From contig JBFMHR010000003.1 of the NCBI GenBank assembly GCA_040751795.1, positions 96,001 through 160,000 on the forward strand: a DNA stretch of 64,000 bases, in the 5' to 3' direction. The DNA comes from Thermoplasmatota archaeon. GTDB taxonomy: Archaea; Thermoplasmatota; Thermoplasmata; UBA10834. This document shows, piece by piece, positions 50,076 to 59,523 of the stretch. Under the pieces are notes generated by a model. That model did not search any database and was not told the origin of the DNA. It worked only from the letters and a program-made list of their open reading frames with translations. Position numbers and translations under genes: made by a program. Position 1 is the stretch's first letter. Each line of letters opens with the position of its first letter.

Positions 50076-50923
50076 TCCCTCACCCGGTCCCGGACGGGCC
50101 GGAGTGCGTCCTCCGCCTCCGCAACGTCAAGTTCACGTACGAGTCGGGGATCGAGGCCCTCGGCGGGGTCAACCTGTCGGTCGACAGGGGCGAGTACCTC
50201 GCCATCGTCGGCGGGAACGGCTCGGGCAAGACCACCCTCGCCAAGCACATGAACGGGCTGCTCAGGCCCGGCAGCGGGGAGGTCCTGGTCCTCGGCGCGC
50301 CCGCCTCTTCGAGGACGGTCGCCGAGCTCGCGAGGGTGGTGGGCTACGTCTTCCAGAACCCGGACCACCAGCTCTTCTGCGGCACCGTCCAGGAGGAGGT
50401 CGCGTTCGGCCCCTCCAACCTCGGCCTGGAGCCGGTCGAGGTCCGGACGCGCACGGAGCACGCGATAGACATCATGGGCCTCTCCCACGTCAAGGGCAGG
50501 TCCCCGCTGTCCCTCTCCCTGGGCCTCCGCCGGAGGGTGTCGATAGCCTCGGTGATCGCCATGCGCCCGCAGGTGCTGGTGCTCGACGAGCCCACCACAG
50601 GGCTCGACGCAGGGGAGGCGAAGGACCTGATGTCCATAGTCCGTGTCCTCAACGAGGAGGGGAGCACCATCGTCCTCATCACCCACGAGATGAAGCTCGT
50701 CGCGGAGCATGCGAACAGGGTGGTGGTGATGGCCGGCGGCAGGATCGTCCTCGACGCCGATACGAGGGGGGCGTTCTCGGACCCTACCCTCCTCCGCAGC
50801 AGCAAGCTCCTCCCGCCGCCCGTGACGCTCTTGGCCCACAAGCTGGCGCCCATGGGCGTGTCGAAGGACGTGCTCACGCCAGAGGAGCTCGTGTTCGAGC
50901 TCACGCGAGGGGGTGTGGGATGA
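50072..50923 (+). CDS. ECF transporter ATPase A'
   Basis: GGNGSGKTT, FQNPDHQL, LSLG, LDEPTTGLD; GTGA overlap. Confidence 0.93.
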   Translation: MIPHPVPDGPECVLRLRNVKFTYESGIEALGGVNLSVDRGEYLAIVGGNGSGKTTLAKHMNGLLRPGSGEVLVLGAPASSRTVAELARVVGYVFQNPDHQLFCGTVQEEVAFGPSNLGLEPVEVRTRTEHAIDIMGLSHVKGRSPLSLSLGLRRRVSIASVIAMRPQVLVLDEPTTGLDAGEAKDLMSIVRVLNEEGSTIVLITHEMKLVAEHANRVVVMAGGRIVLDADTRGAFSDPTLLRSSKLLPPPVTLLAHKLAPMGVSKDVLTPEELVFELTRGGVG

Positions 50924-51708
50924 CCGGCTTCATGGACCTCTACTCGGACAAGGACACCTTCCTGCACGGCCTCGACCCGCGCGTGAAGCTCCTGGCCGTG
51001 GTGATGATCAGCGCCCTCGCGTTTATCCTCTCCGAGTTGTGGTCGCTCCTGCTGCTCCTCGCCTTCATACTGCTGCTGATGGCTCTGACGGGGTCGAGCT
51101 TCAGGAAGGCGTTCCTCGCCCTGAAGTTCGTGATGAGGTTCATGGTCCTCATCACCGTGCTCTGGCCGCTGTTCGACAGGTCGGGGGTCCCGGTCCTGTT
51201 CTCCATCGGGCCGCTGGACATAACCGAGCCGGCCGTATGGCGGGGGCTGACGTCCGCTGTGAGGGTCGGCTGCTTCGCGACCGTGTGGTACATACTCATG
51301 TTCACGACCTCGCAGCGCGACCTGGTGCGCGGCCTCACGAAGCTGGGGCTGAGGTTCGACTACGGGCTCGCGCTGGCCATCTCCTTCAGGTTCATCCCGA
51401 CCTTCGGCCTCACCATCGAGTCGATCAAGGACGCGCAGAGGGCGAGGGCGCTCGAGCTCGACAGGGGCTCGCTGTGGCGTCGCTCCAAGAACTACGTCAC
51501 GGTCCTCGTCCCCACGGTGGTCGCCGCCCTCAGGACCGCCCACATGCTCTCCCTCACGCTGCAGTCCCGCGCGTACGGCGCTGTGCGCGACCGCACCTAC
51601 CTCAGGGAGGTCCGCATGGGCCGGCGGGACTACATCGCCGCGGCGGTGGCGGTGCTGGTCTTCCTGGTGCCGGCCGTCGCGATGTACCACTTCGGCGTCC
51701 AGCTTTGA
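50920..51708 (+). CDS. ECF transporter transmembrane component T
   Basis: LHGLDPRVKL, FRFIP, AQRARA, LQSRAY. Confidence 0.92.
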   Translation: MTGFMDLYSDKDTFLHGLDPRVKLLAVVMISALAFILSELWSLLLLLAFILLLMALTGSSFRKAFLALKFVMRFMVLITVLWPLFDRSGVPVLFSIGPLDITEPAVWRGLTSAVRVGCFATVWYILMFTTSQRDLVRGLTKLGLRFDYGLALAISFRFIPTFGLTIESIKDAQRARALELDRGSLWRRSKNYVTVLVPTVVAALRTAHMLSLTLQSRAYGAVRDRTYLREVRMGRRDYIAAAVAVLVFLVPAVAMYHFGVQL

Positions 51709-51787
51709 GCTCGGAGCGGCGCTGCCGCGTTCGACACGGCGGCCGGTTAGGTTTAATGTACGTGCCCGCCATGAGGGTCTGGTCGCT

Positions 51788-52357
51788 GTGTCGACAGAGG
51801 TCCCGAAGGCGGAAGAGGGGAGGCCCAAGATCCTGGGCAGCGGCGACGCCGAGTTCATCTCGCCCGAGACGGTCGCCCTATTCGCGGTGCTCACCGCGCT
51901 GACGGCGGCCATCACGCTGATGACGGTGATACCGTTCCCGCCGACGCGCGGCTACTTCAACCTCGGCGAGGCGATGGTGTTCTTCTCCGCGTTCACGTTC
52001 GGCTGGAGGGCCGGCGCCGTCTGCGGCGGCGTCGGGTCCGCGATAGCGGACCTCCTGGGCGGGTGGGGCATGTTCGCCCCGACGACGCTCGTCGCGAAGG
52101 GGACGGAGGGCCTAGTCTCGGGCCTGATCGGCCGCATGAACGGCGGGAAGCCGCTGGCGTACGCGGCGGGGATCGCCTGCGGCGGGGCCTGCATGGTCAC
52201 CATCTACTTCCTCTCGGAGTGGCTGTTCCTCGGCTTCGGACTCGGCCCCGCGATAGCGGAGATACCCACGAACATAGCGCAGGTGACCATAGGCGGCACG
52301 GTCGGGAGCCTGCTCTCCCACTCGGTGAAGCTGGCGATGCCGTCGCTGGGCAAGTAG
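51788..52357 (+). CDS. ECF transporter S component (substrate unknown)
   Basis: GYFNLGE, GGVGSAIADLLGG, TLVAKG, NIAQ. Confidence 0.9.
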   Translation: MSTEVPKAEEGRPKILGSGDAEFISPETVALFAVLTALTAAITLMTVIPFPPTRGYFNLGEAMVFFSAFTFGWRAGAVCGGVGSAIADLLGGWGMFAPTTLVAKGTEGLVSGLIGRMNGGKPLAYAAGIACGGACMVTIYFLSEWLFLGFGLGPAIAEIPTNIAQVTIGGTVGSLLSHSVKLAMPSLGK

Positions 52358-52386
52358 CCACGCGGCGTCCCTGGTCGGGGCGCGCC

Positions 52387-53850
52387 TCACTTCCTGAGCT
52401 TCTCGAGTTCCTTCTCGCCCATGCGGTCCCTGGGCATGATCCTCTTCATGCCGGCCATCATGTCCATGCCGAAGTTCATCAGGAACGCCGGCATCGATAT
52501 GCCCCACCTGGTGCCCGTCTCGACGAGCTTCCCGGGGTTCATGACCTCGTAGGGGTCCATGGCCTTCTTCAGGGTGCGTATGAGCTCCGCCCCGTCCTTG
52601 CCGCGCACCCTCGCGAGGTTCGCCGCGAAGAATATCCCGAGGCCGACCGGCCTCCCGCCGTGCTCGAAGGCTATGTCGCCGAGCTTCTTCCCGAAGCCCA
52701 TGGCCGCGGTCGAGCGCCAGAAGTTGCTCTCCTCGGTGAGGTAGTACGGCATGAACATGGCGGTGTTGTTGTCGGCGATGGTGCCGATGGTCGGGGCCTT
52801 GAGCTTCATCGTCCTCACGAGCTTCGCCATGTCCGCGAGGACCTTCTCGAAGGAGTCTATGGGGACCAGGATCTCGCCGGGTATGGCCCCGACGCCCATC
52901 TCCCTGACCCTGAACTCGTAGCTCCTCTCGGACCACTCGTGCTCGGCGACCTCCTTCGGCATCTTGGCGCCGCCGGACTCGGCGACGATCTCGTCGAGCG
53001 CCTTCTCCTCGACGTCGACGGACGCCTTCGACCCCGTGAGGGCCATGGTGACCATGCACCCCACGTCGGGGGCGTGCTTGCCCAGGCCCCTGAGGTAGTC
53101 GAAGTGCAGCCTGTCGCCGAACATGATGTGCATCGGCGTGACGCCGCTCCTCACTATCTTCCTCATCGCCGGCGCGAACTTGCCCAGGTCCTCGAAGGAG
53201 TAGGCGACGGTCCTCATCTCCTCGGGCTTGGGGAGGACCGCGAGGGTGACCTCCGTGATGACCCCGAGGATGCCCTCGGAGCCGACGAACAGCCAGTTCA
53301 GGTTGGGCCCGCCGCCGTTGGCCGGGACCCGCTTGTCCCCTGTGTGGATCGTGACCCCGGTCGGCAGGACGACCTCGAGGTCCCTCACCAGGTCCCCCCC
53401 GGTCCCGTACTTGTAGGCGCCGATCCCGGTCCCGCCGGTGCCGAGCCACCCGCCTATCGTGGCGGACGGCGCGCTGCTCGGGTAGCACGGGAGGAAGAGC
53501 CCCTTCGCGTCGAGGGCGTCGGAGAGCGCCTTCCAGGTGATGCCGGGCTGCACCGTGGCCGTGAGGTTCTTCTCGTCGATGGAGACGACCTTGTTCATGG
53601 CGGTCATGTCGAGGACGTAGCCGCCCTTGACCGGGACGGAGCCGCCCAGGCCCCATGTCCCCGCGCCCCTGGGCACGATGGGCTTCTTGGTGGCGATGGC
53701 CTTCCTGACCATCTGGGCGACCTCCTCGGTGTGCCCGGGCCGGATGACCTGGTCGGGCATGGTCTTGAAGAGCGCGTCCATCTCCTTCGGGAGCGGCGCC
53801 AAGTCATGGCTGTACAGTCTCCTCTCGAGTTTGTCGTCCGACGTCTCCAT
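52387..53850 (-). CDS. FAD-binding oxidoreductase (GlcD/D-lactate dehydrogenase-like)
   Basis: PRGAGT, PSSAPSATIGG, GSEGILGVIT, DPYEVMNPGK. Confidence 0.9.
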   Translation of the reverse strand: METSDDKLERRLYSHDLAPLPKEMDALFKTMPDQVIRPGHTEEVAQMVRKAIATKKPIVPRGAGTWGLGGSVPVKGGYVLDMTAMNKVVSIDEKNLTATVQPGITWKALSDALDAKGLFLPCYPSSAPSATIGGWLGTGGTGIGAYKYGTGGDLVRDLEVVLPTGVTIHTGDKRVPANGGGPNLNWLFVGSEGILGVITEVTLAVLPKPEEMRTVAYSFEDLGKFAPAMRKIVRSGVTPMHIMFGDRLHFDYLRGLGKHAPDVGCMVTMALTGSKASVDVEEKALDEIVAESGGAKMPKEVAEHEWSERSYEFRVREMGVGAIPGEILVPIDSFEKVLADMAKLVRTMKLKAPTIGTIADNNTAMFMPYYLTEESNFWRSTAAMGFGKKLGDIAFEHGGRPVGLGIFFAANLARVRGKDGAELIRTLKKAMDPYEVMNPGKLVETGTRWGISMPAFLMNFGMDMMAGMKRIMPRDRMGEKELEKLRK

Positions 53851-54050
53851 TATTAACACCTGACTAGAGCGTGATGGAGGCCTTGTCCTGCCTCCCCCGA
53901 CGGTGGAAAGCGGTCATCCCCAATAAAGATATACGCCGCCGACGCCCGGTCGCCGCCCGGCCGGGGGCGGCGGCCCCGCCCGCCGGCGGCATCACGTCGA
54001 AAGGTTCTTATCGCAATCACCCTTGGACGGGTTGGGGAGTGAGACACACC

Positions 54051-54923
54051 ATGCACTCGACGCTCCGCACACTGGGGCTCTTCGCGGCCCTTATGCTCCT
54101 ATTCGTCGGGATAGGATACGTCGTGGGCGGGTATTTCTACGGCGACTGGGTCACCGGGTCCCTGGTATTCCTCGCGATCGCCGCCGCGATGAACCTGATT
54201 AGCTACTTCTTCAGCGGCAGGATCGTCCTGTGGTCCTACAAGGCGAAGATCGTGACCGAGGCGGAGGCCCCGCGGCTCTACAACATAGTGAAGAAGGTCG
54301 CCATGAAGGGCGACCTGCCCATGCCTAAGGTCGCCATAGTGCCGAGCCAGAACCCCAACGCCTTCGCCACGGGGAGGAACAAGGACAACGCAGTCGTCGC
54401 CGTGACGGAGGGGATACTCACCCTCCTGACGGACGACGAGCTCGAGGGGGTGCTGGCCCACGAGATGGCCCATGTCAGGAACCGGGACATACTCGTGATG
54501 TCCGCGGCGGCGACCATAGCCGGGGCGATATCCTTCGCCGGCCGGATGTTCTGGTACAACTCCATGTTCGGCAGGGGCAGGGGCAACGACAACGCGGCGC
54601 TGCTCCTCATAGTGGCGGTGACGGCGCCCATAGCCGCCCTGCTGCTGCAGCTGGCCATTTCCAGGAACAGGGAGTACAAGGCGGACAGGGAGGGCTCGCT
54701 CATGATCCAGAGGCCGAGGGCGCTCGCGCGCGCCCTGGCCAAGCTGGAGGAGGGCAACAGGCGCAGGCCCATGGAGAGGGGGAACCCCGCCACGTCCACG
54801 CTGTTCATAGTCAACCCGTTCAGGGGCGGCGGGCTCGTCTCGATCTTCATGACGCACCCGCCGGTGAAGGCGAGGATAAGGAGGCTGGAGGAGCTCGCCG
54901 AGCAGACCGGCTACATCGCCTGA
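54051..54923 (+). CDS. htpX: Zinc metalloprotease HtpX (M48)
   Basis: PNAFATGR, LAHEMAH, SRNREY, THPP. Confidence 0.96.
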   Translation: MHSTLRTLGLFAALMLLFVGIGYVVGGYFYGDWVTGSLVFLAIAAAMNLISYFFSGRIVLWSYKAKIVTEAEAPRLYNIVKKVAMKGDLPMPKVAIVPSQNPNAFATGRNKDNAVVAVTEGILTLLTDDELEGVLAHEMAHVRNRDILVMSAAATIAGAISFAGRMFWYNSMFGRGRGNDNAALLLIVAVTAPIAALLLQLAISRNREYKADREGSLMIQRPRALARALAKLEEGNRRRPMERGNPATSTLFIVNPFRGGGLVSIFMTHPPVKARIRRLEELAEQTGYIA

Positions 54924-54926
54924 GCG

Positions 54927-56219
54927 CTAGCCGACCTTCTCCCACTTCTCGAGCTTCATCACGCTGGAGAGCGTGCCGCCCCGCTGTATCTCCTCGCGGA
55001 CCCGGTTCTCCCGCTCCATGACGTCCAGGGCGCGGTTGGCCACCTCGAGCGCGCTCTCCTGCGGCACGACGACCACCCCGCTCTCGTCGCCCACGACCCA
55101 GTCCCCCGTCCTGACGGTCACGCCGCCGCACACTATCTCGTGCCCTATCCCGCCGTAGCCCTTGGGCTCCCCGGCGTTGGACGCTATGTGCCTGGAGAAG
55201 CAGGGGAACCCCATGTCGGCGATGGAGTCGATGTCCCTCGCGGCCCCGTCGATGACGACGCCGGCGACCCCCTTGGTCTTGCAGCTCCAGGAGGCCAGCT
55301 CCCCCCAGACCGCGACCTCGCCCCCGCAGGCGTCTATGACTATCACGTCGCCCTTGGACGCCCTGTCGATGGACTCCACGGGCTTCGCCCAGTCGCCGCT
55401 GACCGTCTGGACCGTCAGGGCCCTGCCGACCATCCGCACGTTGCGGCCGGTCCTGGGCAGTATGCCCTTCATGGCGCCCATCTTGTGCTGGGCGTCGGCC
55501 ACGTTGGGGGACGAGACCTTGGAGAACGCCTCCAGGAGGCTGTCGGCCGAGTACTTCTTGAAGAGGTCGGTCCCGACGGCCCTCCTCTCCGACAGAGCGG
55601 TCTTCACCGCGGCCGCCGCGGCCGTCACGTCCCTCGCCTTGATGATCGCCCCGCCGACTATGATTATCGAAGCCCCGGCCGAGAGCACGGCGGCGGCGGA
55701 CTCGCTGTTGATGCCCCCGGCCGCGGCCACGGGTATCCCGACGGCCTCCGCGACGCCCCTGAGCTCCGCGAGGGGCGAGCCTCCGACCATCTGCTCGTCG
55801 ACGCCGACATGGACGCACACATACGACGCGCCCATCTCCTCGGCCCTCCTGGCCCTCGCGGGCTTGTCCGCGACGTTGAAGAGGTCGACCATGACCTTCG
55901 CGCCGTACTGCCTGGCGCTCAGGACCGCCTCGGTTATCGTGGGGTCGGACGACAGGCCGAGGACCACGACGACGTCCGCGCCGGCCTTCGCCGCGATCTC
56001 CACCTCCGCCCCGCCCACGTCGATGGTCTTCATGTCCGCGACCACTGTGTTCCGCGGGAAGGCCTTCTTGAGCTGCCTGACTATCTCGACCCCCTCGCTC
56101 TTGATGAGGGGTGTCCCCGCCTCTATCCAATCCGCGCCGCCCCTGACCGCCTCGCGCGCGATCTGCAGCGCCCGGTCCCCGTGGACCAGGTCCAAGGCGA
56201 CCTGAATCACAGGCTCCAT
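54927..56219 (-). CDS. 3-hexulose-6-phosphate synthase fused to an RraA/MenG-like domain
   Basis: QVALD, IEAGTPLIKSEG, ADMKTID, HVGVDEQ; C-terminal VADA, AVWGEL, DGAARD, GDESGVVV. Confidence 0.92.
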   Translation of the reverse strand: MEPVIQVALDLVHGDRALQIAREAVRGGADWIEAGTPLIKSEGVEIVRQLKKAFPRNTVVADMKTIDVGGAEVEIAAKAGADVVVVLGLSSDPTITEAVLSARQYGAKVMVDLFNVADKPARARRAEEMGASYVCVHVGVDEQMVGGSPLAELRGVAEAVGIPVAAAGGINSESAAAVLSAGASIIIVGGAIIKARDVTAAAAAVKTALSERRAVGTDLFKKYSADSLLEAFSKVSSPNVADAQHKMGAMKGILPRTGRNVRMVGRALTVQTVSGDWAKPVESIDRASKGDVIVIDACGGEVAVWGELASWSCKTKGVAGVVIDGAARDIDSIADMGFPCFSRHIASNAGEPKGYGGIGHEIVCGGVTVRTGDWVVGDESGVVVVPQESALEVANRALDVMERENRVREEIQRGGTLSSVMKLEKWEKVG

Positions 56220-56329
56220 CGAGGCCAAACACCCACCTGCCTTGATAAAAACGTGTCGTACGCACGCGCGCGTGCCCCGCGCGCGCACTGGAAACAATAA
56301 TATGCGGACCACGGCATTCTCAAGGAACG

Positions 56330-57082
56330 ATGCCCCCCCGGACAGGCGAAAGGGAGAGATGCGTCACCGGAATCGACGGGCTAGACACCATACTGTACGG
56401 CGGCATCCCGAGGGACAACACGGTCCTCCTCACTGGAAGTTGCGGGACGGGCAAGACCTCCCTCGCCCTCGAGTACCTCATCCACGGCGCCGTGGCGGGG
56501 GAGAACTCTCTGTTCATAAGCGTCACGGAGGACTCCGAGAAGCTCCTCGCCAACATCATCCCGTACAAGTTCTTCGACCAGCAGCTCGTGAAGTCGGGCA
56601 GGCTGGTCTTCATAGACCTCCCCGCGATGTACGAGCGCCTGGGGATGACGAAGGCGGAGCTGACCATGGAGGAGATCGACCTCCTCGTCGCGGCCATAGC
56701 GAGCCTCGTGAAGGAGCTCGGGACCAAGAGGCTCGTGATGGACTCCATCACCTCCGTGTGCTACAAGCTGAAGACGCCCGAGAAGATCAGGGACTTCATA
56801 CTCAAGCTGAGCAAGTCCCTCTCCGACCTCCGCTGCACCTCGATACTGGTGAGCGAGGTCGCGGCCAACTCGGAGGCGTACTCGACCTTCGGCGTCGAGG
56901 AGGCCATATCCGACGGGATAGTCCTCATGGCCAACATGGAGCGAAGGGGCGACCTGCTCAGGACCCTCCAGGTCATCAAGATGAGGGGGACGATGCACAG
57001 CAGGGCGAAGTACGTGCTGGACCTGACGCCCATGGGCGTGCTGCTGGTCCCGCTGCTCAAGGGAGGGAGCTCTGCGACATGA
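56330..57082 (+). CDS. KaiC/RAD55 family ATPase with intact motifs
   Basis: TGIDGLD, GSCGTGKT, RLVMDS, GVEEAISDG, KMRG. Confidence 0.93.
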   Translation: MPPRTGERERCVTGIDGLDTILYGGIPRDNTVLLTGSCGTGKTSLALEYLIHGAVAGENSLFISVTEDSEKLLANIIPYKFFDQQLVKSGRLVFIDLPAMYERLGMTKAELTMEEIDLLVAAIASLVKELGTKRLVMDSITSVCYKLKTPEKIRDFILKLSKSLSDLRCTSILVSEVAANSEAYSTFGVEEAISDGIVLMANMERRGDLLRTLQVIKMRGTMHSRAKYVLDLTPMGVLLVPLLKGGSSAT

Positions 57083-57666
57083 CCGACACAAGGGTGGCGG
57101 GGAGCATCGCGAGGCAGCTGGGCGAGCTCGCGCCCGGCTCGGCCGTGTCGCTGCAGATGAGCGTGGACAGCTACCTGGACGTCATGCGCGGCATCATAGA
57201 CATGCACGCCAACAAGCGCGACATGGACACCATCTACGTGACGGCCACGATATCGTTCGAGGCGATCAAGCGCGTCATGCAGGCACTGGACATCGACACC
57301 TCGAGGGTGTACTTCGTGGACTGCATCTCGCACATAATGATGGGGACGGCCGCCGCCCAGAAGGACGAGCACGCCTCCCTCGTCGAGAGCCCGACGATGC
57401 TGGAGAACATCATGCTCAAGGTGGAGTACCTCATCAGGCGCTCCCAGTCGAAGGAGAAGCTGGTGGTCATAGACTCGATCAACTCCCTCGCGATACACAA
57501 CAACAACTGGATCCTGTCGGAGTTCCTGCACATACTGGTCTCGGGCCTGAGGTCCAAGGAGGCCTACACGGTCATACTGACGGTGGAGGAGCACACGACC
57601 CCGGAGATATCGAACATGGTGAACCTCGTGTGCGACCAGGGCATACGCGCCGGGAAGGAGGAGTGA
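57079..57666 (+). CDS. Inactive KaiC/RecA-like protein (no Walker A)
   Basis: IYVT, YFVDCIS, SPTML, VVIDSINSLAIHN, CD; ATGA overlap. Confidence 0.8.
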   Translation: MTDTRVAGSIARQLGELAPGSAVSLQMSVDSYLDVMRGIIDMHANKRDMDTIYVTATISFEAIKRVMQALDIDTSRVYFVDCISHIMMGTAAAQKDEHASLVESPTMLENIMLKVEYLIRRSQSKEKLVVIDSINSLAIHNNNWILSEFLHILVSGLRSKEAYTVILTVEEHTTPEISNMVNLVCDQGIRAGKEE

Positions 57667-57667
57667 G

Positions 57668-58393
57668 ATGAAGCTCACGAGCATGGGCGTGCCCGCGCTC
57701 GACGACCACCTCGGCGGGGGCGTGCAGAAGGGCTCGACGGTCCTGGTCGTGGGCGGGCCCGGCTCAGGGACGGAGTTCTTCGCGAAGCAGTTCGCCTCCA
57801 CGGGGCAGGAGCCCGTGACCTACTTCACCTCGACCGAGAGGGACGAGGACGTCGTCAACATCATGCGCGAGCACGGGTGGAGGACGGACATCAAGATAGT
57901 GAACATAGGGAGCAAGTACTACGAGGGCGTGCTCGCGAAGAAGCTCGAGATCAGCCGGTTCAGGCAGGAGGGGATAACCCTGAGCGACATCAGGCGGCTG
58001 AAGGACAAGGACCCGCACCGGGAGGAGAACTTCCTCACGTTCCTGTCGTACGAGATATCGAAGCTCACCCCGCCCTTCAGGGTCGTCATCAACTCCCTCG
58101 ACTTCTTCCTCGAGAACTACGACAGCGCGGAGGTCCTGATGGCCATGAGGACCATCAAGGCCCACACCCAGCACTCGGAGAGCCTCACGCTGATGACGGT
58201 GCTGAAAGGGGTGCACGCCTCGCGCATCCAGAGCAGCATAGAGGACCTCGCGGACGTCATCTTCGAGCTCGACAGGGAGAAGATCGGCCAGGAGTTCAAG
58301 AAGTACATAGTGGTCCAGAAGGTCAGGAACAGGCCGGGCCTCGTGGGCATACTGCCGTGCGCCTTCGACCAGAGCGGGATCAGGACCTGCTGA
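57668..58393 (+). CDS. RAD55-like ATPase with degenerate Walker A
   Basis: GVPALD, GGPGSGTE (Lys absent), VVINS, LADVI, KVRN. Confidence 0.87.
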   Translation: MKLTSMGVPALDDHLGGGVQKGSTVLVVGGPGSGTEFFAKQFASTGQEPVTYFTSTERDEDVVNIMREHGWRTDIKIVNIGSKYYEGVLAKKLEISRFRQEGITLSDIRRLKDKDPHREENFLTFLSYEISKLTPPFRVVINSLDFFLENYDSAEVLMAMRTIKAHTQHSESLTLMTVLKGVHASRIQSSIEDLADVIFELDREKIGQEFKKYIVVQKVRNRPGLVGILPCAFDQSGIRTC

Positions 58394-58468
58394 GGCGCCC
58401 GGACCCCCTATTTAAGAAACGGCGTTAATTCGGCGAAAGGCGACGTTTTCTCCACGGCCCCCTCTTAT

Positions 58469-58488
58469 AAGAAGACTAGAGTCTTCTT
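58469..58488. promoter_or_regulatory. Perfect inverted repeat upstream of the pilin gene
   Basis: AAGAAGACT-AG-AGTCTTCTT. Confidence 0.5.
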
Positions 58489-58574
58489 GGAGTTTAAGAA
58501 CCTGCGACATGTCCAGATGTCTCACTTCGGCGCTAGTCGATTCCGCTGACGCTCGAAGTTGATAACGGGCCGGA

Positions 58575-58636
58575 AAGCTATATAAGCGCGGCTTTGCGGT
58601 TATAATCTCCACGCGGGCCGAAAGGTCCGCAGGAGG
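58575..58636 (+). promoter_or_regulatory. Pilin promoter, 5' UTR GAAA hairpin and SD
   Basis: GAAAGCTATATAAG (BRE-TATA); GCGGGCC-GAAA-GGTCCGC at 58613-58630; AGGAGG at 58631-58636. Confidence 0.7.
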
Positions 58637-58643
58637 ACAGAAC

Positions 58644-59159
58644 ATGAAGAAGATTTGGGCAGTCCGGAAGGACTCCGAAGCCGTGTCGCCCGTCATCGCG
58701 ACCATCCTGATGGTGGCGATCACGGTCGTGTTGGCCGCAGTGCTGTACGTGATGGTACTGGGGTTCGGCACGGACACGTCTAGCACGCCGACGACGACCT
58801 TGAGCGACACCGCGATCACGAACGGCGTCAAGGTGACGTTCGGCGCGGTGAACCAGGACATAGGCTGGGACCAGATATCGTTCCTGCTGTCTGACGGCAC
58901 GAACTCCGGCGGCTGGTCGAACCTGACCGTCGACATGCTGGATGACGGTCTGGGCGACACCCAGACGATGCAGACCCTGACACTCGGCTCACTCACCGTG
59001 AGCTTCGTGATCCAGGACCTGTCTGGCAACGGCAAGGCGGACCAGGGCGACAACATCAAGCTGACCGCTTCGTCCTTCTCGGCTGCCGCGACCTACACCT
59101 TTACCGCCATATACGAGTCTACTGACGGTAACATGGGCGAGTGCACCTTCTCCGGGTGA
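58644..59159 (+). CDS. Archaeal type IV pilin (DUF1628-type)
   Basis: RKDSEA|VSPVIATILMVAITVVLAAVLY class III signal; beta-rich head. Confidence 0.93.
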   Translation: MKKIWAVRKDSEAVSPVIATILMVAITVVLAAVLYVMVLGFGTDTSSTPTTTLSDTAITNGVKVTFGAVNQDIGWDQISFLLSDGTNSGGWSNLTVDMLDDGLGDTQTMQTLTLGSLTVSFVIQDLSGNGKADQGDNIKLTASSFSAAATYTFTAIYESTDGNMGECTFSG

Positions 59160-59280
59160 TAGCCACCTGGTGAGGCCGCTCGAGCCGTGAAAACCCCTTC
59201 CCCGTTTCTCATTTTCCCTCTGCTCCGGGCGCGAGCCACGTCCGGCAACCTAGTTATCCCCTCCCGCGCATCACGTGCGC

Positions 59281-59520
59281 GTGGCGCGGAAGGGAAGCCC
59301 GCTCAAGGTGATGGCGCCGTCGGAGGCCGAGGACTACGTCCTCGGGTTGCTCAGGGAACGCGGCCCCATGACGACGATGGAGGTCGAGAAGGCCGCAGCC
59401 TCGGGAGGGAGGAGGTGCCCCGACCAGACGGTGCTCTTCCTGACGAAGATGCGGAGCAGAGGCCTCGTCCGCGGCGAGGTCTCGCAGGAGCGCCGCGGGT
59501 GGCTGTGGAGCCTCCCGTGA
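59281..59520 (+). CDS. Small winged-HTH protein with CPD motif
   Basis: LLRERGPMTT..CPD..LTKMRSRGLVRG..GWLW; start uncertain (59275/59281/59311). Confidence 0.7.
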   Translation: MARKGSPLKVMAPSEAEDYVLGLLRERGPMTTMEVEKAAASGGRRCPDQTVLFLTKMRSRGLVRGEVSQERRGWLWSLP

Positions 59521-59523
59521 GGC

